A stretch of 64,000 nucleotides of DNA from Macrostomum lignano (lineage: Eukaryota): positions 1-64,000 of the forward strand of contig NIVC01002018.1 of NCBI GenBank assembly GCA_002269645.1, in the 5' to 3' direction. Within the stretch, counting starts at the first letter, position 1; every line of letters starts with the position of its first letter. Made by a program: the position numbers and the translations under genes. A model generated the notes under the pieces. That model made no database searches. It was not told the DNA's origin and saw nothing but the letters and a program-made list of their open reading frames with translations. This document shows positions 24,283 to 37,632 of this stretch, in pieces.

Positions 24283-25393
24283 TGTTACCATGTTACCATG
24301 TGATATTTTATATGGCTATGAAAGATTTATCTCCATATTACGAGCTACATGTATATCCTTTTATATTTTCATAAACCCCATAGTTGAAAATACTCAACAA
24401 GTGGCAACACATGTAGCTGAAATTTTGTTTTCTTCCTTCTTGAAGCAAGTATACTTTTAATAAAAAAAGTTGTATGCGTGCAGGTACCCTTAAGCCATTT
24501 GTAGGCACAATTCCTCTTCAATACCATATCGACATTCATACTGTACGGCCACATAATTAGTGCCATACAGCGTGGACTACGCAGCTATCCACAACAGAGT
24601 AACATACATGTACGCTATGAATTCAAAGAATGGTAATATTCACACTGCCCTGATTCACCTCGTTTTCACTGTCCAATAATTTAATCAAGCGAATTCCCGC
24701 CGATTGCAAGCTTTTTCCTGCCGAGGTTTGCCCGAGGGGGGCGGGCGGGGCAATGCAGACGAAATCTATGCTCTGTGCGTAGAAGTCACAATAAACTTAC
24801 ATGTATTTACCGTGACTTAGTTTGTTAAAAACCAGTCTGATAAGTCTATTTCGAGTGCTGAAGTAGGCGGTACCCTTCCTAGAATATGTTCCCTACAACC
24901 AGCATTAGATGTTAACATTTTAGATTGCAGGATCGCTAGATCTCGCTCACTTATCATCGACAGCCATGAAGGAGCTGGAAACTTGCGGGAGGCACTTGGC
25001 TATCTGCGGTGTTGCAAAACAGTAAAAAATAAAGCAACAAACACGTATAGCGGACTAATTGGAGCCTCCTCTGCTAGGTTGCGCATGGCTATTCGTACAG
25101 ATTGTGTACAGCTCTTGCACAAATGCGTTTCTGCACTCAAACGGGCTTTTGTTAAGGCTAACTCATGATAATGTTCTCTCAAATAGTAAACCTCGTGTAC
25201 AGGCCTGTCTGTTCTATATTTCTGTGCCTTCGTTAAACCTCCGTTTCTGTTTTCTCATTACTGTTGTACCGTCTCTATCGGCACAAGCACGAGCATTATA
25301 AATCATGCAGCTTATACGCAAGTATCTGATAAAACGAGAAGTCGGGCTTATAGTCAGCAGCCGAGCAACTCTGCGAACGAAAGCTGGATAGAA

Positions 25394-28300
25394 ATGGCCG
25401 CATGTAATCGACAGAGCAGCCACGAAAGTGACCAGGTAATTAGCTACAACCACCTCTTTTCTGACTGACTCGGCACATCCTTGCTAGCTGTACCAAATGC
25501 GGTCCGCAAAGCCTCTCTATCCGGCCCTTGGGTCCTTTGTAACTTTACAATTAGCAATCCGGTCTGCTTAAGGTTTGTGTCTGTTGTCAGCTTCCTTCTC
25601 TCTAATATCCTTTATCTTTTCTTTTCTCACCTTTTATCCCTCTCTCCTCTCATTTCTCTTATCTCCTCACTCCCCCTCCTCTCCTTCTCCTCTCCTCTTT
25701 TCCTTCCTCTCCTTTCTCCTCTCCATTCTCTCCTCTCCATTCTCTCCTCTCTCCTCTAATCTTCCCCTCTCTTCTCCTAAATTCCCTCGCCCCTCCTTTC
25801 TTCTCTCTGTCTTCTCTCTTTTCAATTCCCTCTCCTCTCTCCACTCCTTTGGCTTGCAGTCATACGCTATGCACGCGGCTCTCTATCTGGTCTTTGAGGT
25901 AAGCTAAGTTTGGCGACCCCTACAGCAGAAAGTTTCTTAAATGTCCAAGCGTTCAACATGAAGACAGAAAGAAGCGTCAATCTGGATAGGTTTGAACTAT
26001 AGAATAGAATAGAAAAGACGCATAGGGTTACAGACTCCTAGCGCGCACGCGTTCGCGAAACAGCTCAGAGGGGCAGAGAGCAGTGTTACTCGGGGTCAGG
26101 TCAAAGGTCTCTGAGGTCGTCAGTCAGAGCCTGGATCAGCGTGGCAGCACGGCCTTGGGCGCCTCGAAGCCGTTCTCACGGTGGGTGAAGCAACGCCATC
26201 GCGAGAGGGTTCACTTCACCGCGACCGTGCCGTCGCAGAACGTGGCCGGCGAGGGTTTGTCGTAGCCACCGCAGGATAACGCTGAGAGGCGGAAGGCCGT
26301 TGCGCCGGTCGAGATCGCGGTTCGAGATGGTCTCGGGGAATCGGATGCCGAGTGTGTAGCGGAGAAGCGCCCGGTAGATGCCGTTTAGCGCGTTTTCTCG
26401 GGTGGTGGTCACCGGTACGGCTTCCAGTCCGTAGAGCAGGATCGGTTCGACTGTGGCGCGGAAAAGCTTGATCTTGAGGGCGTCAGGCGCTGCGGAGCTG
26501 AACATAGGGCTGATCTTGACTGCAGCACGCCAGGCTTGTGCTTTCGTAGGTTTGAACTAATTGAACAACTAGGAAATATGGGAATATGGATGAAAGCAGT
26601 CTGTACAGAACTTTATCCATGTGTCCTACACTCGCATTTAGAATAGACGATTTTTATTCAATACGCTTCGCAGGAAACCGCTAGTCTGCTGGACCCCGCG
26701 AGTTCGGAGTCAGCTGATGGCCAGCCAATTGAGGCCAGTCCCATTTGCAAGCTAAAATGCCTCGTCCTTGGTCTGGTTATCGTTGCCATCGGGGTCGTTG
26801 CCTCGCTGAACGAAGGCGCCGCGACCTACCAGGAGAAGCACGAAATCCCGCTCAACAAAAGTAACTGGCCATGGCACCAGAGAGACAACCCAAACTTGTG
26901 GGTCTGCTGGGTTATCAAGTGCATTCAATTGTTGATGGGCATTGCCTCAATGGTCTTCCTGAACAAAAGAGTAATGCAAGAAGGCAGAATTACCAATGCT
27001 ATTTATCAAAACCCGGCTCTACCGCAGTTACGATATTTGCTGGGAAATTTGCGTCGATTTCAAGAACTGCCAGAGAACTTTTCCAACTATCCAACCAAAA
27101 TGTTTATTTCAATATTCATCATATTTGCCATCCTTGGCATAGTCTGTGCCATTGCTGAGACAATTAGCGACCTCATCGAGGCAATTGATCCTAATGTATA
27201 CGAGATGCTGCCGTACGCGGATGTGCTGCGCTGTGTCCTGCTGTTTGCATTCATACTACTGCAGGCTTGGTTCTTTACTAAAAACAATCGGATGTGTCTG
27301 AATTGGAAGCTGGACGGAGCCTGGGTAGCCATGACAATTATACTGGCTACCAATGTGTCATTGTGGTTCTTCTACATCTCCTATGAAATTTCCAAGATAG
27401 CCGGGGAAAACCACACTTGCCATACCAATGAAACAACGAGGAAGAAACTTCACGAGAGCTTTGATATGATAGTCGAGATCATGTTCCCGTTTCTGATTGA
27501 ATTCTTTCTCATGGGAGCCATACTGGCTGCCAGTTTCTTGTCTAACATTGGGCGGCTGAGCTGTATTTTAAAACAGCTGCAGCAGAGTGTCCCCTATCTG
27601 ACTAACGACGCTATTCGGGACAAGCTGTTCAGCTCGTCGGCTGCTCAACGAAGTCTAAGAAATTTCAAATACCATCTTCGTAAACACCTGCGCAGCCTGC
27701 TCTTAGGCATCGCGTTGGCCGGTTCAGCTATCCTCATCTCCTTGATGATGAAACTGTTTACATGCGAAAGAGAACCGTGGCACCTCCTGACACTCTACAT
27801 TCTGGCCGTACTATTCGTGGCCGGATCGGTATGCTGCGTTGTGCTGCTGCGAGCCTTCAGGGCAGCTGGAGAAGCTACGGTTGAGACGAAGGCTCGAACT
27901 GCGGCAGACAGGCTGATGCTCTGGTTCTGTGTTGTGGCCGTAGTAGTAAATGACCTGAACCGGTTATGGGGCTTGTTTCAGAGTGACAAGCCACTCTACA
28001 ATGCTATTGGCACCGGTTTGGTTATTGTGTTTGACATCGTACAGAGCGTGCTGCAAGTTTACGTGCTCGAGTGCATCCTGCTGAGGCGGATTAAGTCCAC
28101 GAACGTGCAGGTTGGCGGCATTCACAGTTGGGGCGCTCGCTTACTCACCGTTCTCATGGTGATCAATGCGCTTGAGTGGCTGGTCAGCGCCGTAGCCTTC
28201 AGTCTGTTTTTCTTCAACAGCAACAGTCAAAGAAGTGCAGCCACTATGGCTCTGGTAGTGATTAGCGCACCTCTGCAGGTGTTCTTCCGGTTTCATTCGG

Positions 28301-28422
28301 TTGGCTGCATCCATGAATTTCGGAAGCACTGTCGCGAGGTCAACGAGCCGAGAAGGCCAGTACCGCCCAGCATCCCGATCGACTTCCCGAGCATAACACC
28401 TCGGTATGGAGCTGTGGTATGA
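25394..28422 (+). CDS. Otopetrin-like proton channel, copy 1 (intact, 596 aa, 2 exons)
   Basis: Exon 1 25394-25435 (MAACNRQSSHESDQ|GTAAT), exon 2 26674-28422 (cttcgcag|GAA). Multi-TM protein with otopetrin hallmarks ATNVSLW, FPFLIEF, and C-terminal PLQVFFRFHS. Confidence 0.82.
26000..26546 (-). mobile_element. 5'-truncated RTE-like non-LTR retrotransposon in otopetrin copy 1 intron
   Basis: 13-bp TSD TAGGTTTGAACTA at 25987-25999 and 26547-26559. (TTCTA)3 tail at the element's 3' end. Residual ORF KIKLFRATVEPILLYGLE...LAGHVLR is typical of the post-RT C-terminal region. Absent from the copy 2 intron. Confidence 0.8.
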
Positions 28423-28546
28423 TCTGCCGTAACTCGACGCAATTCTGTCACATTATGCACAACTTTCTGCGGTTTCGATATTATCCCGGAGACAACCTTT
28501 TAACTAAACTAAACGTCCTGTAAATGTGTTTATCGGATAACTGTTT

Positions 28547-31500
28547 CACAGGTAGGAGGAATTCAAGTTAAATGCAAAAAGGATTGCCCATAATCGGTCT
28601 TTTGCTCATGGGATAGAATTTGTACCCCTGATTCTAAAATGACCTCCCATGAAATCCTAACTGATTGGGTTCGCAAGATATGCTCATAATTAAGTTTTTA
28701 CCATAGATATGAGGCAGTCCAACAAGCAAAACTCGCCATTCAAGGAAAAGTTGAATGTATTTTGTCCAAAACAGTTCTCACCACTGTGAATTCAATTTGT
28801 ATTGAGTGCATGTATGTTTAATCATCCTTTTTGTAGGGTAAAACAAAACAAAAAACTCCAGGCGACTTTGTTAAGTGTGCGATGTTGCAACTGATGCTAT
28901 GCTGTACATTCTTAGCGTAAAGAATTGGCCTCTTCTATATAAATAAGTTTGATTCTCTAAATTAGAGAAGATAACAAGTATTGTACAGTCTTCTAAGTCT
29001 ATTTACCACCACGATCATGAAATATGCAATAAAATCACCTGACGTATAATCGATAAAAATATGTACATTCAACCCGCCACCATTAAACGGCAAAAGGCAA
29101 AATTTTGCTTGTGATCACACTCACACGATTTGCACATTATTTTTTATCGATCCCTTTATACCTAAATCATGAGCAGTTGCTCAATTTATGGTGATGTAAA
29201 TGAGTATTTAGAGCATTTTAGAATATTTTGTTTCAATTGATCAACTGTCCAAACAAATTTCTTGTTTTTACTCATCAACTACAATGCCAAAGAAAAGAAA
29301 CCACGAAGAAAATCTCCAGGCACTGTGTGCCATGTGTCTTCGAAGAGCGCATCGCCCTTTGACGGAGCATCAGATTGAACTAATTCAATCTACAGTGTAC
29401 GAAGGCTTCAAGGTAGAAAGACAATATTTTCCATCTGGCATATGTGACGGCTGCAGAAGGAAGCTTTCGTCTTTGTCCTGCCCAGATTCGCGACCTATTC
29501 CAGTCCTACTGGCGTATGACCAGATAGTTACCGACCTTCATTCTCTGCCGCCTTCAACTCGTGGCAACCCTGACTGCAACTGTGAGCTGTGTAGCTTGGC
29601 CAGCTCACACAGGAGCAGCAGTGCAGTGCCAGACACCAAATACTTGGCCACAGGTCCACCAGCAGGCCGAGGTCGTCCTGCTGTAGCAGAGGCTACTGCG
29701 ATTCAAAAACTCTGCTCGCATTGCATGTCACGGATCGGACCCGGCCTGGAGCATCGCTGCAATAAAACAACCAAATTAAAGAATTTGCGAGACAAAATAT
29801 CTCCTCTTACCAAGCACCAGCTGGCTAGCTCAGTCATCAAGGAGTGTAATGAGGCTGCAGCAGGTGGTATTGTACTAAGTCAAACTGCTGGTAAACCTCT
29901 TCGAGTCAAGGTAGCTTCTAGCTCAGCCGCTGAACCTATAACAAGTGTTTCTAGGAAAGGATATATAAGCCACGAAACAATTTCGGCTTTGAAAGTCGGC
30001 CTTAGTTTAAGCAGCAAGCAGACTCTAAAGCTGGCCAGCATTCTTAGGTTAGGTGCAGGCCGGCATGTGATCGAGCCTAACCTTCGTGAAGAGCTGTAGA
30101 AGAGAGGCCGCTGCCTAACAAGCTTCTTCACGTTAGTTCAGCTGCCATTCATACGTTCATCTGGACAGACTCAGGAGGTTTCGGGACCAAGGCCAGCCGT
30201 GATCTGCTCCGATCTTCAAGGTTTGCTAAATCATATTTGCACCGAGCGTGGCATCGAGAACAGCTTTGTCAAGATTGGAATTGATGGTGGAGGAGGCTCT
30301 CTGAAAGTTGTGCTGACTGTGACCGGTGAGTCTGAGCCTGCAGCATCGCCAGTAAAGAAGTTAGCCTGCAGCCGCCAGTTTCTCAACTCTGGTGTTAAAA
30401 AATTAATGATCATCGCTATTGCTCCTGATGTTAGTGAGACTTATCTCAACGTAAAACTACTACTGGACTCTCTGAATCTACAGGCGATTTCGTTTACTGT
30501 TGCTTGTGATCTCAAGCTTGCCAACATAGTGATTGGCTTGCAGAATCACGCGGCAATGTACCCATGTACATGGTGCGAGGCAAAGGCTCCATTCGCTGCG
30601 GATGGTCTGACGCGCACATTTGGCAGTGTAACAAAGAATGCAGCTGCCTTTTCCGAAGCAGGCAATGAGTTGCGATCGGCCAAGCTTTTTAAAAGCTGTG
30701 TTAACAAACCCCTTTTGTCTGGTGGAGAAGATGAGCCGATACTCAACAAGCTGCCCCCACCTGAACTGCATCTTCTCATTGGAGTTGTTAACAAGATCGT
30801 CGACTCGCTTGAAGCTGACGGAGGTCATGTACTCAGCTGGGCTGCAAGCCATAACATCGGGCGCGCTGACTATCGCGGAGGATCATTCGAGGGCAACCAG
30901 TGCCACGCAATCCTGCAACTAGCTGATGAACTGACGAGCATCCTGCCTGAGCAGCTGAAGCAGTTTGGTGAAGCCCTTCGATGCTTCCGTGAAGTGGTAC
31001 ACGCTTGCTTTGGGGAGAAGCTACAGCCTGAATATGAACAGCTGATTCAGCAGTTTCGAGTCCTACTGCAAGCTACCTATTAGAGTGACACCAAAAGTTC
31101 ACTGCGTGTTCGTCCATGTGGTCGAGTTTTGCAGACTGTATGGCAAAGGCCTGGGCACATTTTCTGAGCAGGCTGGTGAAAGTGCTCACCATGATTTCAG
31201 TAAAGTATGGCAAAACTTTAAGCGCCGGAGTGATGACCCAGCGATGGGACAACAGCTTCTACAGGCCACGGTACAATATAATAGCTGTCATTTGTAATTG
31301 CTTGTAAAACTAAAAATGCTCAATGACAATCTATTTGAATTTACAGCTCAATATCTATTGCATTACAGTTTTCTGTTTTGGTTTAGACTTAGAAAGATTA
31401 GCCATTATCTTAAAAATTCTATAGGTAAATAATGATAATAATTATTAATTTGCTGATTCACTGTTTAAATTAAAATATATATTTTGAAATAGTGCCTGAA

Positions 31501-31765
31501 CTATTGCACACTACAAATTGAATTCACAGTGGTGAGAGCTGTTTTGGACAAAATACATTCAACTTATCCTTGAATGGCGAGTTTTGCTTGTTGGACTGCC
31601 TCATATCTATGGTAAAAACTTAATTATGAGCATTTCTCGCGAACCCAATCAGTTAGGATTTCATGGGAGGTCATTTTAGAATCAGGAGTACAAATTCTAT
31701 CCCATGAACAAAAAACCGATTATGGGCAATTTTTTTGCATTTAACTTGAATTCCTCCTACCTGTG
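28547..31765 (+). mobile_element. Chapaev-family (CMC superfamily) DNA transposon, complete ends
   Basis: Termini CACAGGTAGGAGG...CCTCCTACCTGTG. TIRs about 260 bp (28547-28810 and 31505-31765). 4-bp TSD GTTT on both sides. The flanks join to match the corresponding region downstream of otopetrin copy 2 (about 41670-41810). Confidence 0.88.
29284..31297 (+). pseudogene. Chapaev transposase (about 670 codons) with one nonsense codon and one frameshift
   Basis: N-terminal Chapa-type zinc motif HEENLQALCAMC...PSGICDGC. Core KIGIDGGGG, ACDLK, YPCTWC, PPPELHL, TPKVH, SEQAGESAHH. In-frame TAG at 30097-30099; frameshift near 31060. Confidence 0.82.
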
Positions 31766-31987
31766 GTTTGGATTTTTAATTTTTTTGCTACGATTTTTCC
31801 AGAAAGTTGAACATCTTATTTATTACGCTGACTAAGTAGGAAGTGGTTATTCGACCATCTATTCAGTTCATCAAGCCTTGCCTCTGTTTATCGGTTTTTC
31901 TCTTTTACTGTATAGTTCAGCAGGGTTTGGTTCTGATTATCTCTCTCCCACGCTGGCGCCAGCACGAGTATAAGGAGCTCCAATTTT

Positions 31988-32117
31988 AAGCTAAGGGGCG
32001 CAAAGAATGCGTGTAGGGGGCGAAAAGTCAAGCTTAAGGGCGCAAAGATTGCGTGTAGGGGGCGAAAAGTCAAGCTTAAGGGCGCAAAGATTGCGTGTAG
32101 GGGGCTAAAAGTCAAGC
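31988..32117. repeat. 42-bp tandem repeat, 3 copies
   Basis: AAGCTTAAGGGCGCAAAGATTGCGTGTAGGGGGCGAAAAGTC starting at 31988, 32030 and 32072. Confidence 0.9.
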
Positions 32118-33496
32118 GAAAAGTGTAGCGGGCAATTCTCGGTAAGCAAATCTGGACGGGCAATTAGTCTGCGGGTATTTCTCATGGACCCGAGTAGGTG
32201 TCAGTGTCAGAATCGAGGTTAAATTTACATACAGTCAACAACAATTGGGAGTGTTGGTTTCGAAAAAGTTCAGTTTTAACAACAAAAGACCGGCTACACT
32301 GCAGTGTAAAACCTGAATTCCGTTCAGTCCCAGTTTAACAACAGTAGTAGTAGGGCGAATCATGATACTGCCGCATATGCACTGGCGAGATAGGCGGCAA
32401 AAAGGATAGGAAAAATACACTGCGGAGAGGGATCCTATCTCTATGCAATGGGCCCTTGGGGGACGGCTAAACAATGCGTTTTTGGCTTGTATTCAGGGCC
32501 CTAGCCGGGGGGGGGGCAAGACGGGCCGCGGCCCCCCCCCTCCAATCGGCTGACAAAACTTTGCGGCGCCCCCTCCCATCAGCGAGTCTTGGTCGTCACT
32601 AAGTTGACGGGGGAGCTCAGCGCTTTGCACAAGGGCCGGGGCAGAGGGATAGCGCCCAAGACCACGGGTGAGGATCTAGCCCCCAAACCTTGACCTAGGG
32701 CCCACGCAGGAGGGGGCTCAAGCTAACCCTGGCAGGGTTAGAACTATAAGGGGAGGGGACGAGAAACGCACTTTAGAAGGAGAGGGGCGTGCCACGCGCG
32801 TGCCAAGAAAGTACATCAGTAGCATCTTGGGCGGCATGTGAGTTAAACTCTGTTACTCGCTCTTAAGTCTTAAGCTCTTGGTTTTCTACAGACAGACAGA
32901 CAAACTTTACTGTGTCTTTGTGTCTTTACTACTTTACTGTGGCTTTACTGTGTTTTTTCTAGACATTTTAGGGACAAGCACGAGTCCCATCTGAATTAGT
33001 AATTCGCAAGGCGAAAAATTAAGGCAAACATTTTTATGGAGACTAATATAAAATAATCAAACGCCCTTCTAATCAAATCTAATCTTCTCGAAACAAGAGA
33101 AAAAGTTCCGGGCTTAAATCGTCGTCTAAAGAAAGCAAAGCTTCTAACAGCCTGTGCATCAGGCTGCCAAAAGCTAACATCCATTTTAAAGGTTGTCAGC
33201 AAAACTTCTGACTCTGGTCTTGCGTCTGGCGCTGGTGACGGCGCCCATTCTGCCGGTGATGGCGCCCATTCGTCCGGTGACGGCGCCCACCAAGCCGCCG
33301 GTTCTACTTCTACATGCTCACTCTTGTCATCAAGCTGTCATTCAGCATCTGCTGTGAGAGATATCGGCCTTGCGGTGCAGAAGTCGGAGGTCCTTTCAAG
33401 TGAGGAACGAAGTTATTTTTGGCAGCACTGGAGTTACGCAATAATCTAACATCCAATTTTTCTCACAGCGTGCATGTTAATGTATAAATACAGGCC

Positions 33497-35823
33497 GTGG
33501 TCCGGCGAGACTCACTAAGTTTTTTTCTAACAACCAAACCTACGCGTTCAATACACAACAAAGAGGATTACCCATTTTCTCTTCACCATGTTCAAGGGCG
33601 TTCACGTAAAAGAAAGCTGCTTCCTGTACACCTTGAGCGCTTTCCGTGGTTGTCGGTGAGCAAAATTTCTGAATTAGAAGGTGCATTCTGTACACCTTGT
33701 GTTCCTTTTTCCTTGGGCACTGGAGTTGGTGGCCGCAGCAACGGTTGTGGACAGAAAGCTCGTGCACCTGTTTTGATGCCTCTAGAGAGGTTTGATGATT
33801 CAACAGGAAAACAAGGTGTACTCTCACTGCATGAAAAAAGCGCATACCATATTGCAAACTATGAAAAAATGAAGGAGTATGACAGGCGCGTTCACAATGG
33901 AGAAAAAGACCAGGACATCCGTTCGCAGCTTTTGACCGCAAGGCAGCAGGAGATCACAAAAAATCACGCAGGTCTAATACCAATTATTGACTTCATCCTG
34001 ACATGTGCTCGACAGAACATCGCTCTCCGAGGTCATCGCGGGGAGAATCAGCCACTTCTGTTAGATTGTTGCAAGCCTGAAATGAACGATGGGAACTTTC
34101 GCGCGCTGTTGCGTTACCGAGCTCGAGGTGGGGATGCTGCTCTTGTAAACCATGTGAGTCACGCAGCTGCCAATGCTTCTTATCTTTCTCCACAGATCCA
34201 AAATGAAGTCCTCGATGTAGCCTTGAAGTTGCTGAGAGAGATCATCCATTCATCCTGCGAGTTCAGAATGCTGAATGCTGGGCTATGATAGTTGATGAGA
34301 CCATGGATTTTCAGAAGAGAGAGCAGCTTGTGATCGTTGCCCGCTACCTGTTCGTCGCCGCTGATGGCCCTGTGCAGCAGAATGAGGACCCTGTGTCAAT
34401 GCTAGAGCTTGTGTCTGACATTGGCAGCACCGACTCATGGGAAGATGTTCGGCTTAGTGGTGAGAAGATTGCCGCTGCAATTTTTCGTCGGCTGGAGGCG
34501 ATTGGACTTGACCTTACGCGATGCGTGGCTCAGTGCTATGATGACGCCTCTGCGATGGCCAGTGAGAGGGTTGGAGTCACAGCACACATCCAGAGACAAG
34601 CTCCTCAGACCGATTACTTCTACTGCTTGGCTCATTGGCTAAATCTGAGCGCAGTACGTGCCGTTAAAATTCCGACTGTCAGAAACTCGCTAGGCGTGAT
34701 TCAAGAAGTTGTAGCTGCATTTCGGTCCAGTGGGAAAAGAACTTTCCTACTCAAAGCAGATAATCCAAGAGTCAGATGAGACTGTCGGATCAAAGCGCCA
34801 GCTTGCGAGCCTGTGCGAGACGCGATTTTTGGAGCGTCACACTGCAGTTGTTACGTTTCGTCAGCTTTTCAGTCATGTTGTAGATGCTCTGGAAGAAATG
34901 AAGACCTGGCGTGGATCGGGGGCAGCTCGATCGGCAAAAACTTTGCATGCTGCTGTTCACAACTTTGATTTTATCGTCGGTATGATAGTCCTGGAAAATC
35001 TTGCTGGATTGCTTCTGCCTGTGTCTCGAAGGCTTCAAGCTGCAGACAGTGAGCTTGTCGAGTCCGTCCATGAGGTAAATGAAGTACTGTCATTGCTGAA
35101 GGTTCAGCGAAGTGTGAAGCAGCTTCACGATTTAATTAGAGAGGCGCGGGCTCTCGCACCCAAGCTTGACATAGATCAGAAAATACCTCGACAGGGACGC
35201 CCTGTGGCTCGTTTCAGAATGCGCACGTGAAGCAGATGCAGTCGCAGGTTGTTGTTAGTAGTGTAGAAGACTACTACAGAACTGCTGTGTATTTTCCGGC
35301 GGTAGATGTTATTAAAGACGACATCAAGCTGCGGTTTGGAGTCCCACAGCAGCGTGCCTTTAATCTAGGCTGTCTTCTGCCAGCAAATTTTAATGACACA
35401 AAATTAGACGCGCAACTAGCTCTTGTCCAGGAAGCAGCAAAGAAGTACAGCAGTTTGTTAGCAGATCCGTTTGCTGTGCTTAAGCAAGAGTACCTGCTGT
35501 GGCGTCAGCAGTGGTCAACAGCGGCTTCTGAAGAGCGTCCAGGCACTGCGGTACTATCTTTGCGAGCCTGCAGGAACGTGAAGTTTCCTATCATTTATCG
35601 CCTACTGTCTATCTATGACACTCTGCCTGTGTAAACCTGCGAGCCAGAGATGGTATTCTCTAAGCTGAAGCAAACACTCATTTCAAGTTGTCGCAGCATG
35701 ATGGGTGAAGAGCGCTTGGAATCACTACTTCTGCTTCAGTGCCATCGTAGTGACTGCCCCACTCCGACGGAGGTTCTGGACTCTTTCGCTACGTCGGCTC
35801 GTCGATTAAAATTGCTCCTGTAA
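33497..35823 (+). pseudogene. Decayed hAT transposase (ZMYM1/THAP12-like: DUF4371 plus hAT dimerisation domain)
   Basis: FPWL..GAFCTPC, ARQNIALRGHR, GNFRALL, YLSPQIQNE, IVDETMD...EQL, QCYD, YCLAHWLNL, LCETRFLERH, LPV*TCE..FSKLK..MMGEERL. Several frameshifts and a TAA at 35632-35634. The element's left end is possibly CAGGGCC at 32494; the right end is not clear. Confidence 0.88.
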
Positions 35824-37632
35824 GAGGCACCTGATACGAGCAGCCAACAAATGCTCGTATAGTTTTCGGTACGAGATATAACTATGACTAAAATGTTAGG
35901 TTGATTAATTAAAATTTTACTGCTATGCTTTTGTCTAGTGTGTAGTCATTTCGTAATCACACTTTTACTGTTATTGATTTGATCTAATCGAAAGGCTTAC
36001 AAAATGCCTTTGAGGATATCACTACGTGGCCTACCGTACATGACCTTTTGTGCTTAATTATTGGTAGTTTTATTTGCGCATTTCAATTCGTAAGTACACA
36101 TTTATATAGCTAGCTTTAGACTATTTCTCATTTGTTTTTGACAGCTGTAATCACATTTTTTAGGTCTGAAGAGTTGTTTCGGGAGGTGATCAGTCTCCCG
36201 AAAACTCCCACTTCCAGACACTTTAGCCTGGGAACAAATTTAACGTGTTCACTTACTGTGGCGGGCTCTTCTTCTGTGTCGGGCAGGTTCTCCGAGCTCG
36301 TTCCTTGTTTCTTCCTTGTGGCGCGCGTTTATAGAGTTCGCTTCTACCAATCTTCTTCTTCTCCGGAGGAATCTTCTTGAAGTCTTCGAAGTCCAAAGTC
36401 GGCCGAGAGTGAGAGCAGAACAGTGAAGTCGACGTCGAAATATCTCCTCGAGTGGCAAATCAATATCAACAGTGCGCCCTAATGAACTCAAAATTCTAAC
36501 GCGAGGTCCTCCAAAGGGGGCGTCTTCTTCTAGATCTAACGGAATCGGAGTCGTGTTCTCCTATCGGTTAATCTAGGATAATCCAAATCAACAGTCAGTA
36601 ATCCTCTAAGGGTATCGGAATCGGTCCGCAGATCCTATCCAATCCCTTAGGAAAATGGGAGGCATCTAATAGTCTCAGTAAAGTCAGTGGATCAACAACG
36701 GCTGGCCGGCAATAAAATCGCTCTCAATTAATCAAAATAACGAAGACTTGAACAACGCTTCTCAATTGATACGCTTCTCTCCCAGAGATATAGCCTCGAT
36801 TAGTTGCTCTAACTAACCACAAGATCTTTTGAGGCTGCTCCGAGTCTGAGGTTTCAGCTCGGATTTTACGCTTATATTTATAGTCGAAATTTTAGCATAT
36901 ATTTAGTAGCGCGACTCATATTTCATCAGATTTCAACTTATTTCATCATATTTCACCATGTTGCAATGTATTTCACCATCGTTGCAACTTGTCTCATGCT
37001 TCGTGGTACGTTGTATTCACTGTCTTAAAGTAGAGTATGACAATTTGAAATTTTTATAACATTCAAGTTTTTCGCATTATTATGTTACTACTTACAGTAG
37101 TTTACTTGTATTGTTTCTGGAGATCTCTACAGGTCCTTTAGAAGTTTAAAATATTTTGAGTAATCCTCAATCATCTGTAACTGTCAACAATAAATATAAA
37201 TAAATGATACTGTTGAATATGATCTGCTGTGGTCAAAAACAAATTCTTTATTTGATGAGAAAAATGCAAAAAGTGGCAAAGTTTAAACACCTCGTCAGTG
37301 TGGTACCTTTTCGAGAGAATTGTCCATTATGTTTCGCTTCTTTTTTGTCTGTCGGTGGCCTCTTACCATTTCCATGGTGGAGCACCCAATGGGGTGATCT
37401 ATCCAATATCCAATAAACGTTAAAACTTTATTTGCTCCAACTGTTACTTTCCTTTTTTCTCTTTTCTTGATGCACATATTTTTGTTATCGCGACAGTAGA
37501 ATCGTTTATTTTCGGATTTGACATGCGTCTTGCGATACTTTTGATGATGGGCTAAACACTCGGATGTTTTAGAAGCGTTCCATAGCTTTCTGCCAAGGAA
37601 AATAAATAAAAATAGCAAGTTTATCCCTTTTT

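Noticed and set aside
37105-37112. CTTGTATT as the right TSD of the hAT element starting at 32494
   Set aside because: It is not preceded by any sequence complementary to the left terminus; probably chance in AT-rich DNA.
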